Shown: positions 27,263 to 36,735 of the stretch, piece after piece | Layout: each line of letters starts with the position of its first letter | Numbering within the stretch: position 1 is the first letter of the stretch | DNA from: Acidimicrobiia bacterium | GTDB lineage: Bacteria; Actinomycetota; Acidimicrobiia; Spongiisociales; JAENVV01 | NCBI GenBank assembly: GCA_041577335.1 | Contig: JBFGJH010000004.1 | Location: 22,549 to 86,548 of the forward strand | Direction of reading: 5' to 3' | Length of the DNA stretch: 64,000 bases | Notes under the pieces: model-generated | What the model saw: the letters and a program-made list of their open reading frames with translations, nothing else | Told to the model about the DNA's origin: nothing | Databases searched by the model: none | Program-made: the position numbers and the translations under genes

Positions 27263-28330
27263 ATGGGCGTGTTTTCCTCGGCGGACCTAATAGGGCACAC
27301 CCACGTCCTGTATGGCGCCGACGATGCCTCGGGCCTGCGGGCCATTATCGCCATCCACTCGACGGCGCTCGGCCCTGCGCTCGGCGGCACCCGTTTCTAC
27401 CCGTATGAATCGGACGAAGAGGCGCTGAGCGATGTCCTCCGGCTCTCGAGAGGGATGACGCTGAAGAACGCCGTCGCCGGTCTCGATCTCGGCGGAGGCA
27501 AGGCCGTCATCATCGGGGACCCTCGTCAGATCAAGACGGAGCGACTCCTTCGGGCGTACGGGCGGATCATCGACTCGCTGGGCGGCCTTTTTGTGACCGC
27601 TGAAGATGTCGGAACCACCACAACCGATATGGCCATCATCAGGCGGGAGACCAAATGGGTGGCTGGACAAGCCGCTATCGAGGGGGGTTCCGGCGACCCG
27701 TCACCCTTGACCGCTCTCGGTTTGTTCTCGTCCTTGCAGGCCGTCGCCGAACACCTATGGGGAAAGCCCGAGCTCCGAGACAAGTCCGTAGCGGTTCAAG
27801 GCGTCGGAAAAGTGGGGTATCACTATGTGAAGCTGCTCACCGAAGCCGGCGCACGTGTCTTGGTGACAGACGTATGGCAGCCGGCGGTCGACCGCGTCGT
27901 TGCTGAATTCGGAGTTGTGGCCGTCCCAGGCGATGAGCTGCTCACCCTGGAAGTCGATATCCTCTCGCCGTGCGCTCTCGGAGCAGTCCTCGATGAGGAA
28001 ACGATCCCGCAATTGAACTGCAAGGCGATCGTCGGCTCCGCCAACAACCAGCTTGCTTCCGACAAGGACGCAGAACGGCTCGACGATCGTGGCATCCTGT
28101 ACGCACCCGATTTCGTCGTCAACGCGGGTGGTGTCATCAACGTGGCAGAGGAGTTGCGGGGATATCAAGGCGAACGAGCCGAAGCGCGCGTCCGGGAACT
28201 GCAAAGCCGCACGAAAGAGATCCTGGCGGTGGCGGCAGAGCGCCAGGTAACGCCGCATGACGCCGCCGTCGAGCTCGCTAATCAGCGCATCCAGGAAATC
28301 GGTGGACTTGGCGTCATCCGTCGTCCGTGA
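27263..28330 (+). CDS. Glu/Leu/Phe/Val dehydrogenase family (leucine/valine dehydrogenase-like)
   Basis: AAGGAAGG RBS. LDLGGGKAVIIGDPRQ (GGGK motif) and Rossmann VAVQGVGKVGYHYVKLLTEAGARVLVTD. Confidence 0.85.
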   Translation: MGVFSSADLIGHTHVLYGADDASGLRAIIAIHSTALGPALGGTRFYPYESDEEALSDVLRLSRGMTLKNAVAGLDLGGGKAVIIGDPRQIKTERLLRAYGRIIDSLGGLFVTAEDVGTTTTDMAIIRRETKWVAGQAAIEGGSGDPSPLTALGLFSSLQAVAEHLWGKPELRDKSVAVQGVGKVGYHYVKLLTEAGARVLVTDVWQPAVDRVVAEFGVVAVPGDELLTLEVDILSPCALGAVLDEETIPQLNCKAIVGSANNQLASDKDAERLDDRGILYAPDFVVNAGGVINVAEELRGYQGERAEARVRELQSRTKEILAVAAERQVTPHDAAVELANQRIQEIGGLGVIRRP

Positions 28331-28339
28331 ATTTGGGGC

Positions 28340-28882
28340 CTAGTTTCTCAGTTCCACGAGGCCGACAGCTGATTCGAGAGAGATCTGATCCCGTGAGGCG
28401 ACGATGGCGATTTGGCGGATGTCGGGCCAGCTGAAACCTGTTGCCACCTGAAATTCCCGGATCTCCACCACTGAGAAGCCGGTGCTCTCCGCGATACGCG
28501 CTGCCTGATCCGCGCCGCTGCGCGAGTTGCCGTCCCGATCGTTCCTCGATCGATCGCCGACGCGATCATCGTCGTCGGACCCAACGGCTTCCGAGCGGCT
28601 GACGATGTCCTCGCGGATACGCTCGAGCGCCTCATCGACCGAGATCCCTTCAGCGGCCACGATGTCGGCCGCTTGGCGGATGAGCGACCACGCCACCCCC
28701 CGCTCTCGTAAGTCGCGGATCTCTGCTTCTGACAGGCCGATCAGCTCAGCCGCCCTGACCGCGTCATCTCGCTGATCGGTCGCCTGGGCGGCCGAAATCT
28801 GTCCCGACAAAGCCTGGGCGCCGATCCCAACGACAGCCAGGGAAACGCCGACCACCACGGTGAGAAAAATCTGCTTCCACAT
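28340..28882 (-). CDS. Hypothetical secreted/membrane-anchored protein (N-terminal TM, acidic Asp/Arg-rich middle)
   Basis: ATG at 28882..28880. MWKQIFLTVVVGVSLAVVGIGAQA signal/anchor. Repeated helix-hairpin-like segments EAEIRDLRERGVAWSLIRQ / VVEIREFQVATGFSWPDIRQ. Confidence 0.5.
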   Translation of the reverse strand: MWKQIFLTVVVGVSLAVVGIGAQALSGQISAAQATDQRDDAVRAAELIGLSEAEIRDLRERGVAWSLIRQAADIVAAEGISVDEALERIREDIVSRSEAVGSDDDDRVGDRSRNDRDGNSRSGADQAARIAESTGFSVVEIREFQVATGFSWPDIRQIAIVASRDQISLESAVGLVELRN

Positions 28883-28985
28883 CCCGGCCGAAGTCTCTCA
28901 CGCAGCGTGACCAGCGTCAAAGACAGACACGGGCCTCGCGGATCCCCGGCCGGGGCACAACCCGCCATGTGGCTACGATCGGTTC

Positions 28986-29978
28986 ATGGGAAGTCGGCGG
29001 ACCAACCTCGGCCTGATGGCTTTGTTGCCACTGGCGGCTGCCACGGGATTCATTGCCATGGGAGTCGGCACCCGCTGGGCGCTGCCGGCGGCATTCATTC
29101 ATGGCGCCACCGGCCTCGGCCTGGTGGTCCTGAGCCCTTGGAAGCAGGTGATCGTTCGGCGAGGTTGGCAGCGCGGGCCATCGGCGCGGTTGTCTTCGAC
29201 ATCCCTCACGATTCTGTCGATCGCGGCAGTGGCGAGCGGAGCAGCTCACGCAGCCGGTGCCTCGACCATCGGGCCCATGACCATCATGCAAGTCCACGTC
29301 ACATCCGGCCTCGGGGCTCTGGCCGCCGGGATAGTGCACTACCGCCGGCATGCGCTGCGCCCCCGAGCGACCGACTTCGGTCGGCGAAGCCTCCTCCTCG
29401 GGGCCAGTACAGCTGCCGCCGCCGGCCTGACATGGTTGGCCTGGGAAGGCGTGCTCGATGCAGCCGGCTGGCGTGGTTCAGAGCGGCGATTCACGGGATC
29501 CCACGAAGTGGCCTCGGGATCTCCCGATCTCATGCCGGTGACCGCATGGTTCAACGATCGTGTGCCAGAGGTCGATTCAAACACCTGGACCGTCACCATC
29601 GCCGGAAGAGCATGGTCCGTGGCGGAGTTGACTGCCTTGCCACAACACTCGGTGCGCGCGACGCTCGATTGCACGGGCGGGTGGTACTCGACTCAGGACT
29701 GGCTAGGCGTGCCGCTGAGCGGCCTTCTGCCCGAGGGCGATTGGCGCAGCGTGGTGGTCACGTCGAGCACCCGATACCGTCGCCGCCTCCCCCGCCGGGA
29801 CACGGAGGATGCGCTACTGGCGCTCGCGGTTGGAGACCAGCCCCTCACCGCAGGACACGGCGCGCCCGCCCGTTTGATCGTTCCGGGCCGCCGAGGATTC
29901 TGGTGGGTGAAATGGGTCACCACCGTCGAGGTTTCTTCACGACCGTGGTGGGCTCAATTGCCCTTCCCGGTCACCTGA
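28986..29978 (+). CDS. Membrane-anchored molybdopterin-dependent oxidoreductase (sulfite-oxidase / YedY-MsrP family)
   Basis: Four to five N-terminal TM helices, then ...TWTVTIAGRAWSVAELTALPQHSVRATLDCTGGWYSTQDWLGVPLSGLL (Mo-cofactor domain with a conserved Cys). Confidence 0.7.
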   Translation: MGSRRTNLGLMALLPLAAATGFIAMGVGTRWALPAAFIHGATGLGLVVLSPWKQVIVRRGWQRGPSARLSSTSLTILSIAAVASGAAHAAGASTIGPMTIMQVHVTSGLGALAAGIVHYRRHALRPRATDFGRRSLLLGASTAAAAGLTWLAWEGVLDAAGWRGSERRFTGSHEVASGSPDLMPVTAWFNDRVPEVDSNTWTVTIAGRAWSVAELTALPQHSVRATLDCTGGWYSTQDWLGVPLSGLLPEGDWRSVVVTSSTRYRRRLPRRDTEDALLALAVGDQPLTAGHGAPARLIVPGRRGFWWVKWVTTVEVSSRPWWAQLPFPVT

Positions 29979-30088
29979 CAACGCCGGGGCTGAGACAGCC
30001 AAGATTGGAGCTTCCGCTTGCGAGGCTCGTGAGACGACCGGCATGTCGCCGCCTGCACTGCGGCGTTGGCACTTGGTGACACCAACCA

Positions 30089-30910
30089 TTGGTTAGCCTC
30101 TCACCGATGCAGGCGATCTTTGTAGGAGGCACCGGACGGTCGGGGACCACAGTCATCGGCCAGTTCCTCGGGCAGCATCCAACAGTGGTGGCAACCCTCC
30201 CGAAAGAGGTTCGATTCATCACCGACCCGGGCGGTCTCATCGAGCTCGTCGAAGAACCAGATCCAGCGAGTCTCGAACGGTTTCTGGCGTTGTTGCGTGG
30301 AAGATGGTGGAGCCGGGCCGGACCCGACGGTGGGGCGCGGGGCCTCCATCGCGGCATCGACATCGAAACCCTCGAGGCAGCTGCAACCCGGTTCGAGCAA
30401 GCCTTCAGTGGCGACCCTCGCGATGCCGCCGAGCAACTGATCCGGGACCTCATCGACCCCCTAGGGCGGGGAGGCAACGCCTGGGTAGAGACGACGCCTG
30501 ACAACGTCACCGCCGCATCGTCGCTGCGCAAGCTGATCCCATCGATGAAGCTGATCTGGATTCGTCGAGACGGCCGTGACACGGTTGCGTCGGTGCTCTC
30601 GCAACCGTGGGGACCCTCGACCGTTGCCGAGGCGATCCAATGGTGGAAGCAGCGGAATGACCTCGCCGAAGCCGAGACCGCCCAGGTGCCTGCCGAGCAG
30701 TTTCTGGCGCTCTCTTTGGAAGCGCTGGTCCGCGATCAGCGGGACGACACCTACCATCGATTACTGGCATTCGTAGGCGTCGAGGACCACCCGGCAGTCC
30801 GTCGGTTCTTTGACGAGGAGATGACGCCGAGTGCGGCGGGGATCGGGCGGTGGGAAGCGCTCGAGCGTCGCGACCGGGCAGCACTGGTGCACTTCTTCGG
30901 CCCAGACTGA
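30089..30910 (+). CDS. Sulfotransferase family protein (P-loop PAPS-binding)
   Basis: IFVGGTGRSGTTVIGQ (5'-PSB loop) and WIRRDGRDTVAS (3'-PB). TTG at 30089 or ATG at 30107. Confidence 0.65.
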   Translation: MVSLSPMQAIFVGGTGRSGTTVIGQFLGQHPTVVATLPKEVRFITDPGGLIELVEEPDPASLERFLALLRGRWWSRAGPDGGARGLHRGIDIETLEAAATRFEQAFSGDPRDAAEQLIRDLIDPLGRGGNAWVETTPDNVTAASSLRKLIPSMKLIWIRRDGRDTVASVLSQPWGPSTVAEAIQWWKQRNDLAEAETAQVPAEQFLALSLEALVRDQRDDTYHRLLAFVGVEDHPAVRRFFDEEMTPSAAGIGRWEALERRDRAALVHFFGPD

Positions 30911-31038
30911 CCAGATCGACGGCGTCAACGCTATTCGTATGGCCCCTTGGAAAGAATCCCCTTGATCGACGGACACTCAGCTGATCGCGGCGTAGGGTCG
31001 GATGGTCGAGTCGTACATCCAACCAAAGGAGGTTGCGC

Positions 31039-31911
31039 ATGCAAGACGACACCAGTACCCGGAAGAGGTCGCTCTGGATTCGCTATGGATTCATCGCGCT
31101 GGCCACGGCTCTCATGTTGGCGCCTGCGGCCGCCTACGCCTCACATACCTTCACCGACGTGCCCGACACCAATATCTTCCATAACGACATCCAATGGATG
31201 GCCGATAACGACATCACGGCGGGTTGCGGAGGCGGAGGCACGCTCTACTGTCCGACGGACAACGTGACCAGGCAACAGATGTCGGCCTTCATGAGGCGGC
31301 TGGCAGAAAACCAGGTAGTTGACGCGGCGACAGCCTTGGAAGCCGATAATGCCACCACGGCGGATGATGCTGACACGCTCGACGGTTTGGACTCGGCAGG
31401 ATTCGTGCAGAAGGGCGAAGCGAACTCGGTCGACTCGTCAATGATCGTCGACGAGCCGTCGGTCGCCCAGCAGGTCGAAGCATCAGGGTTCGCGCTCAGC
31501 GGGCCGACCGAGGACGTCGCCTCGGTGACCATCGAGGCACCCGCGGCCGGGACCGTTATCGTCTGGGGGTCCGCGGAGTTCGTGTTGAGTCACACGACAG
31601 GTACGTCGACATTGGCGATTCCGGCAATCAGCGACACCTCGGCTACAGCTCCAGGCGGTGGGTTCGTTGCCGGAATAGGTGTTCCATCCGGTGCCGCAAC
31701 CGGTTCCTACTTCCAGATATTCTCGAGCCAGCGCGCCTTCCCGGTTGCGGCAGGCTCTCACACGTTCTATCTGGTGGCGAGCGAGTCGTCGGGTAGCGTT
31801 TCGGTGGACGACACGGTTCTGACCGCACTATTCGTCTCCACCACGGGAGGAACAGTAGACACCGCGGGCGCCCCAACTGGTATCGGTGAGGATGCCACCG
31901 ACGGCTCCTAG
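31039..31911 (+). CDS. Secreted protein with one N-terminal SLH-like repeat and a Thr/Gly/Ser-rich beta-rich C-terminal region
   Basis: AAAGGAGG six nt before the ATG at 31039. Signal peptide. FTDVPDTNIFHNDIQWMADNDITAGCGGGGTLYCPTDNVTRQQMSAFMRRLAE is an SLH-like repeat with the same Cys pair. Confidence 0.6.
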   Translation: MQDDTSTRKRSLWIRYGFIALATALMLAPAAAYASHTFTDVPDTNIFHNDIQWMADNDITAGCGGGGTLYCPTDNVTRQQMSAFMRRLAENQVVDAATALEADNATTADDADTLDGLDSAGFVQKGEANSVDSSMIVDEPSVAQQVEASGFALSGPTEDVASVTIEAPAAGTVIVWGSAEFVLSHTTGTSTLAIPAISDTSATAPGGGFVAGIGVPSGAATGSYFQIFSSQRAFPVAAGSHTFYLVASESSGSVSVDDTVLTALFVSTTGGTVDTAGAPTGIGEDATDGS

Positions 31912-31950
31912 TAGGGCGTCGCAGTAGCTGAGTAGGAACCAACATCAGAA

Positions 31951-31984
31951 GCTGAGGGTCCCGGCGCTGGCCGGGACCCTCAGC
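31951..31984. terminator. Strong hairpin: 15-bp perfect inverted repeat GCTGAGGGTCCCGGC / GCCGGGACCCTCAGC with 4-nt loop, between convergent genes
   Basis: Seen directly in the sequence. It lies between the stop of 31039..31911 (+) and the stop of 32139..32801 (-). It is a candidate bidirectional terminator, but no U-tract follows. Confidence 0.45.
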
Positions 31985-32138
31985 CACCGGGCGTAGGGCT
32001 GATCGCTACCCACCATCTAACCGTGGTAGGGACCGCCGCTATCGTCGGGTTGGAGGCCCCAGCCAATAGGTCGCTGTAGAAGCGCCTGACATCGTCTGCC
32101 GCTGAGGGTGCCGAGGCCCCGTGCTCTAGCCGCCAGCG

Positions 32139-32801
32139 TCACCGCACCCGGCGACCAACCAAGAGACCTTCCCTGATCGAAAGGAGTGCCGTCTCATAGT
32201 CGGGATCCTCGGCGGCCATCCGGTTCGCCTCGTCGATGGCGCGAACGCCAGGCGAGGACAGGTCGTCGATCCAGGTCGAGCCGGTTCCGAGGGCGTTGTC
32301 AATGAGAATCAGCCCTCCCACCCGAACCATCGAACGGAGTGCTCGCCAGTAGGCCGGGTAGCCATCCTTGTCGGCATCCACGAAGACCAGGTCGAGCGAG
32401 TCGTCGCCGAGCTCTCCTTGAAGAGCGGCAACGATGTCATGGCCGTCGCCCCGGCGAACCTCAATGCGATCGGCCAGGCCGGCCTTCTCAAATTGCGCTT
32501 CGGCAAAGTCGGCGTGCCGATCTTCGTATTCGACCGTGATGAGACGGCCATCGGGCGCCATGCCCCTGGCCAGCCAGATCGTCGAGTATCCCCCGAGTGT
32601 TCCGATTTCGAGAATGTCCCGAGCATCCGCCATCGACGCCAGCAACTGCAAGAACCGACCTTGGCCCGAGCTCACCTCGATGGCAGGAAGACCCGCCGCC
32701 CGCGCCTCGACTCGTAACTCCTCCAATATCGAATCCTCTTGACCAAACAAGGCGTCGATGTAGCGATTGGTGGCGTCCCACCGGTCCGATGACATCGTCA
32801 T
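32139..32801 (-). CDS. Class I SAM-dependent O-methyltransferase (caffeoyl-CoA OMT-like, family 3)
   Basis: ILEIGTLGGYSTIWLARG (SAM motif I) and LVFVDADKDGYPAYW (DADK motif). 220 aa. Confidence 0.85.
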   Translation of the reverse strand: MTMSSDRWDATNRYIDALFGQEDSILEELRVEARAAGLPAIEVSSGQGRFLQLLASMADARDILEIGTLGGYSTIWLARGMAPDGRLITVEYEDRHADFAEAQFEKAGLADRIEVRRGDGHDIVAALQGELGDDSLDLVFVDADKDGYPAYWRALRSMVRVGGLILIDNALGTGSTWIDDLSSPGVRAIDEANRMAAEDPDYETALLSIREGLLVGRRVR

Positions 32802-32833
32802 TCAGCCACGCTCTTTCGGGCTGGGCGGCCTCA

Positions 32834-33259
32834 TCAGCGCACGGTGCCGTAGAACGAACTCGGTTCCAGTCGAAGCACGAGACGCTGTTCCGCAACCATC
32901 GCCGCGTAGAACTCGTCAGGGTCCGGATGCGGATTCGAAGCGATGGCGTTGTAGACATCGAGCAGCTCTCGCCCAACCGGGTCGCCGGCCTCCGTTGTCA
33001 CCGACGACACCTGCACGGTCCCGTCGACGACCACGTACTGCCAGAAATCGTCGCTGGACACGTGGAGAGCGGCCCGTGGATCGCGGCGAAGGTTGGCTGT
33101 CTTGGCACGAGACTCGGTTACCGAGATGAGCGCAGCTTCGCCGTTCCAGTGATAGACGACATTCGAGGACTGTGGCCGCCCATCCGAGCGGAGAGTCACG
33201 AGCACTGCCTTGGTGTGCGCGCCGAGAAATGGAGAAGCCTTCGCGATATTCACGGTCAC
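32834..33259 (-). CDS. PPOX class F420-dependent enzyme / pyridoxamine 5'-phosphate oxidase family
   Basis: HTKAVLVTLRSDGRPQSSNVVYHWNGEAALISVTESRAKTANLRRDPRAALHV is a split-barrel PNPOx-like signature. GTG start at 33259. Confidence 0.7.
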   Translation of the reverse strand: MTVNIAKASPFLGAHTKAVLVTLRSDGRPQSSNVVYHWNGEAALISVTESRAKTANLRRDPRAALHVSSDDFWQYVVVDGTVQVSSVTTEAGDPVGRELLDVYNAIASNPHPDPDEFYAAMVAEQRLVLRLEPSSFYGTVR

Positions 33260-33767
33260 AAACTAGCCACACCGCTGCGGTACACGGATCACGCGCGTTG
33301 TATCACGACCCACACCACGATCGCAGTTACCGCGAGCATCATTGCCGGCATCAGCATCCGGTTGAGAGCCACGTCGAGCGTGGCGCCAAGAGCCCCAACT
33401 GGTCGGCCCCGCTCTAGCTGAAGGCGACCCGCTGCCTGCAGCGCGACCCACACGGCGGCAACCCGCCATGTGACGCGCTGCTCGACAATTTCCCTGGCAT
33501 CAAATCGCTCCACCCTTCTCTATCGGAGTTCTTGGCCCTCGATCTTGAGTCGAACTCAGGATTGAGGATGACGACCCGCCTACGACGGCAGCGACCGAAC
33601 GTCGCTCACGGCCGGCCCTCGGTAGGCTGGCGGCCGATGATTACAGAGCCTCCCAACGCTCTCCGACGGGACGAGATGCCAACCGCCGGGATGGTCCTAT
33701 TGGCATTGTCGACAGCAATCAGCCCGACATTCCCACGCCGGCCGCCTCGTCCGATGGGGACCGACTC

Positions 33768-34292
33768 GTGACCCTGAAGGCCGGCTACGACGTCACCGAG
33801 GACGACATCCGGGGGTGGATCCGATTCGCTTTGGCTCAACGGGGTGAGGTGCAACGGTCTGTGCGGATGGCCATGGTCCTACTCCCCATCATCGCGACAC
33901 TGCTCGGATGGCTCATCGAGGGCGCGCTCGGTGCCGCGGTGGGCCTGGCTCTCGGTCTCATCGTTGGACTGCTCGTCTTTCCGCAACTGATGAAGCGCAC
34001 GATCGACGGACGAATCGAAACGGCGATCGAGCAATTGCCCGATGGCATCGTGGGCCCGCACTCGTTGGAGGTGCTGGACGATCGGATCGTGTGGACGACG
34101 ACGGCAGTGCACAGCACATGGAAGAGGTCGGCGATCAGGCGCGTCGCCAAGACCGCCGACCACGCGTTCGTGATGCTGGGAGCAGAGAACGCCATCGTCG
34201 TGCCGCTCCGCAACGATGCGGCCGGTCAAGTCAGCGCCGTCGTGGGCGCCATCGAAGGGGCCCCACCACCGATTCTGCCGCGGCCCGGCTAG
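33768..34292 (+). CDS. Hypothetical membrane protein (YcxB-like)
   Basis: GTG at 33768. Two central TM helices: MAMVLLPIIATLLGWLIEGALGAAVGLALGLIVGLLVF. Confidence 0.45.
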   Translation: MTLKAGYDVTEDDIRGWIRFALAQRGEVQRSVRMAMVLLPIIATLLGWLIEGALGAAVGLALGLIVGLLVFPQLMKRTIDGRIETAIEQLPDGIVGPHSLEVLDDRIVWTTTAVHSTWKRSAIRRVAKTADHAFVMLGAENAIVVPLRNDAAGQVSAVVGAIEGAPPPILPRPG

Positions 34293-34681
34293 CGCCGGCG
34301 CCCTGGGCCTTCAGGTCGGCTTGCCCTCGCCACCTCCAATCGAAGCAGCCGCGCCGCGAGGTATCGCTGAGTGCCCCAAAAGGCGAATACGCCGACTGCG
34401 GCGATCCAAACGAAGCTGGGCAGCAGCCCCAACGTCACGAGCGCAACATTGAGCCCGATCGAGCCTGCAACACCCAGCATCAGGCGAGCTGTGAACGCCT
34501 TCGGCTGTTCGAGGTCGAGGATCACAAAGCCGGGCACCGTCAATACGAAGACGATCGAGAGAGACGGCTGGAGTGGCGGGCCGGCATCCGCCCACACACT
34601 GGCTGTTTGTCCGATGGCGACGATGACCACCCACATCTGACCGGCTCCCGGTCTCCATCCTCGGCCGATGAACTTCCTCAT
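34289..34681 (-). CDS. Small integral membrane protein (3-4 TM), translationally coupled to the upstream large membrane protein
   Basis: ATG 34681..34679 overlaps the TGA of the upstream gene (ATGA). Hydrophobic throughout. Confidence 0.5.
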   Translation of the reverse strand: MRKFIGRGWRPGAGQMWVVIVAIGQTASVWADAGPPLQPSLSIVFVLTVPGFVILDLEQPKAFTARLMLGVAGSIGLNVALVTLGLLPSFVWIAAVGVFAFWGTQRYLAARLLRLEVARASRPEGPGRRR

Positions 34682-36609
34682 TGCTGACCTGCCGGCGCAA
34701 AGACTCGGGCGTCACGGTCCTCAAACACGAGTTCGAACTCGTCCGATTCGAGCAACGACTGCTCGACGCGGTCCAAAGTCGGAGACAGCAGCGTCCCCAG
34801 GGCAGTGACCGATTCGCGCTGCGATCGAGTGATGATCACAAAACCACCGCTGTACCGTTCGGTATCGCTCATCCAACCGGCGATCCGAGTGGCAGGATCT
34901 TGGAGTAGGCCCTCGAGCGTCTCCGGCGTCGACCGGTCAAGCGGCAGATATTGGAAGAGCTCGTAGTTGCGGTGCTGGCGCGGGTAGTCGCGGCTGCCCT
35001 CGACGATGAGCGCTCCCGCCCGAGCGTTCTCGAAAAGGAACTCGGCCGCGGCCACCTCGGCGTCACTGAACACCTGCCGATTGTCGGCTCCAAAGCCGGC
35101 GATGAGCAGGGTCGCGGTCAAACCTACGAGCACAACGCCCATGGCGACGATGCCGAGGCGGGTTGACACGGTCTGGCTGCGCGGAAACCACAGCGACGCG
35201 GCGAGGAATGCTGCGAACGGCAGGGCAAACAAATAGGCGCGAAACAGAACCTCGCCGCCGTACGAGCTGAGTAGGACGAGTAGGACAGGAGCACCGGCCG
35301 CAACGACAACCCATTTGGTGGGAAGTCGATGGCGCCTTCGCCGCCACAACCCAAGGCCGGCGAAGGCCGCGATCAACGCGCTGAGCAGGCGGGACATCTG
35401 AGAGATTCGGAGCTGAGTCTCGTTGAAGAATTCGGCGGCGACGAGGTTGTTCTCCAGATTCGATTCGACGCCGCCTATCTCAGTGACCACGCCTCGGATA
35501 TTGTCGACCACAAAATCCCTGGCCGGCCCAAACATCCAAGCGAGGGAAAACACCACGATCGCCACGACCGGCCATGTCACTTTCATGACCCGGGCCAGTC
35601 GCAGCGCGGCAAGAACAACGATCGTGGCGATGGGCGTGATCTGATGAGTGCTTGCGATGGTCATCAGTGCAAGTGTCAGTACGACGCCAACGGCCAAGGA
35701 GGGCAGGGTTCCTGGCTCGATTGCATCGTCCAGGGGGTCACTCGATCCATGAATCCCGCTCGCGTCGGTGGCGTACCAGCGCAACACGATGGCGAGGACC
35801 ATGAGATACATGAAATAGGCAAGCGCCTGAGGTGCGAAATAGTCTTGACCCACCCAGTTGCCGAGCGTGAAGAAGAGAATGCCGGTCCACAGAAGCCTGG
35901 GGTCCGAGGTCACGCCGCGGAACAACACAAACAGCGCACCAACGAAGAGCAGCTCGAATAGCACCGGCGCCCACGAGGCATAGGAAAGCGCCGAGTCGAG
36001 ATTGCTTGCTTCGGTGATCCATGCGTTGATGCCAAAGAACCCCGGCCAGCTCTGATACACCGGATGAACCGGCACCGAAGGGTCGACACCACCCGTTCGC
36101 TGGATGAACTCCACAACTCCAACGTGCTTCCACGCCCACGAGAATCGCAGATGGTCGTAGACGAACGCCGGGACGCCGTGCACCATCACCGTGATCACAG
36201 TGACATAGGTGCCCAGAACGGGACCTCGTTCGGCTCGTCCCGCCGCGACGGCGTATCCAACCAACGCGCCCATCAGAGCTACGAACGCCGTGATGGGCAG
36301 GATGGTCACCAGCCCGTAACCTCCCATCGCGGACTCGTCGGTTTGCGCCAGAGACCATGCCCAGAGGAGGACCATGGCAGCGACGAACATGAAGTGACGG
36401 CGTGCCGAGGGTCCGCGAGAAGGATGGAGAAGAGCCTGGCGCAAGTCTTCGGGAGACTCTCCCTGAGTCGTTGGCTCGGCTTTCGTTACGCGATCGATGG
36501 CCACGGAGGCTTTCCGCGACAACTGGCGTACCGAACTCAGCGGTGCGACGGCCGTCGCTTGCTTGTTGCTATCGGATGAAAGGCGCGCCTGGCACGCAGA
36601 ACCCCCCAA
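34678..36609 (-). CDS. Large polytopic membrane protein, putative GT-C-fold glycosyltransferase / polysaccharide polymerase-like (start uncertain: TTG 36609 or ATG 36390)
   Basis: More than ten predicted TM helices. A large loop HVGVVEFIQRTGGVDPSVPVHPVYQSWPGFFGINAWITEASN is typical of lipid-linked-sugar GT-C enzymes. Last gene but one of the envelope operon. Confidence 0.55.
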   Translation of the reverse strand: MGGSACQARLSSDSNKQATAVAPLSSVRQLSRKASVAIDRVTKAEPTTQGESPEDLRQALLHPSRGPSARRHFMFVAAMVLLWAWSLAQTDESAMGGYGLVTILPITAFVALMGALVGYAVAAGRAERGPVLGTYVTVITVMVHGVPAFVYDHLRFSWAWKHVGVVEFIQRTGGVDPSVPVHPVYQSWPGFFGINAWITEASNLDSALSYASWAPVLFELLFVGALFVLFRGVTSDPRLLWTGILFFTLGNWVGQDYFAPQALAYFMYLMVLAIVLRWYATDASGIHGSSDPLDDAIEPGTLPSLAVGVVLTLALMTIASTHQITPIATIVVLAALRLARVMKVTWPVVAIVVFSLAWMFGPARDFVVDNIRGVVTEIGGVESNLENNLVAAEFFNETQLRISQMSRLLSALIAAFAGLGLWRRRRHRLPTKWVVVAAGAPVLLVLLSSYGGEVLFRAYLFALPFAAFLAASLWFPRSQTVSTRLGIVAMGVVLVGLTATLLIAGFGADNRQVFSDAEVAAAEFLFENARAGALIVEGSRDYPRQHRNYELFQYLPLDRSTPETLEGLLQDPATRIAGWMSDTERYSGGFVIITRSQRESVTALGTLLSPTLDRVEQSLLESDEFELVFEDRDARVFAPAGQQ

Positions 36610-36735
36610 TACTGATGTCTCTGACCGCGTATGCCGGCCAGAATGTCGTCAATGTAAACAGGCGCTGCCCCTGCGGACAACTGATCGGTCACCTCCGACG
36701 TTCGCCCCTCGACCGCTGGGATGCGAGCCGGGCCT

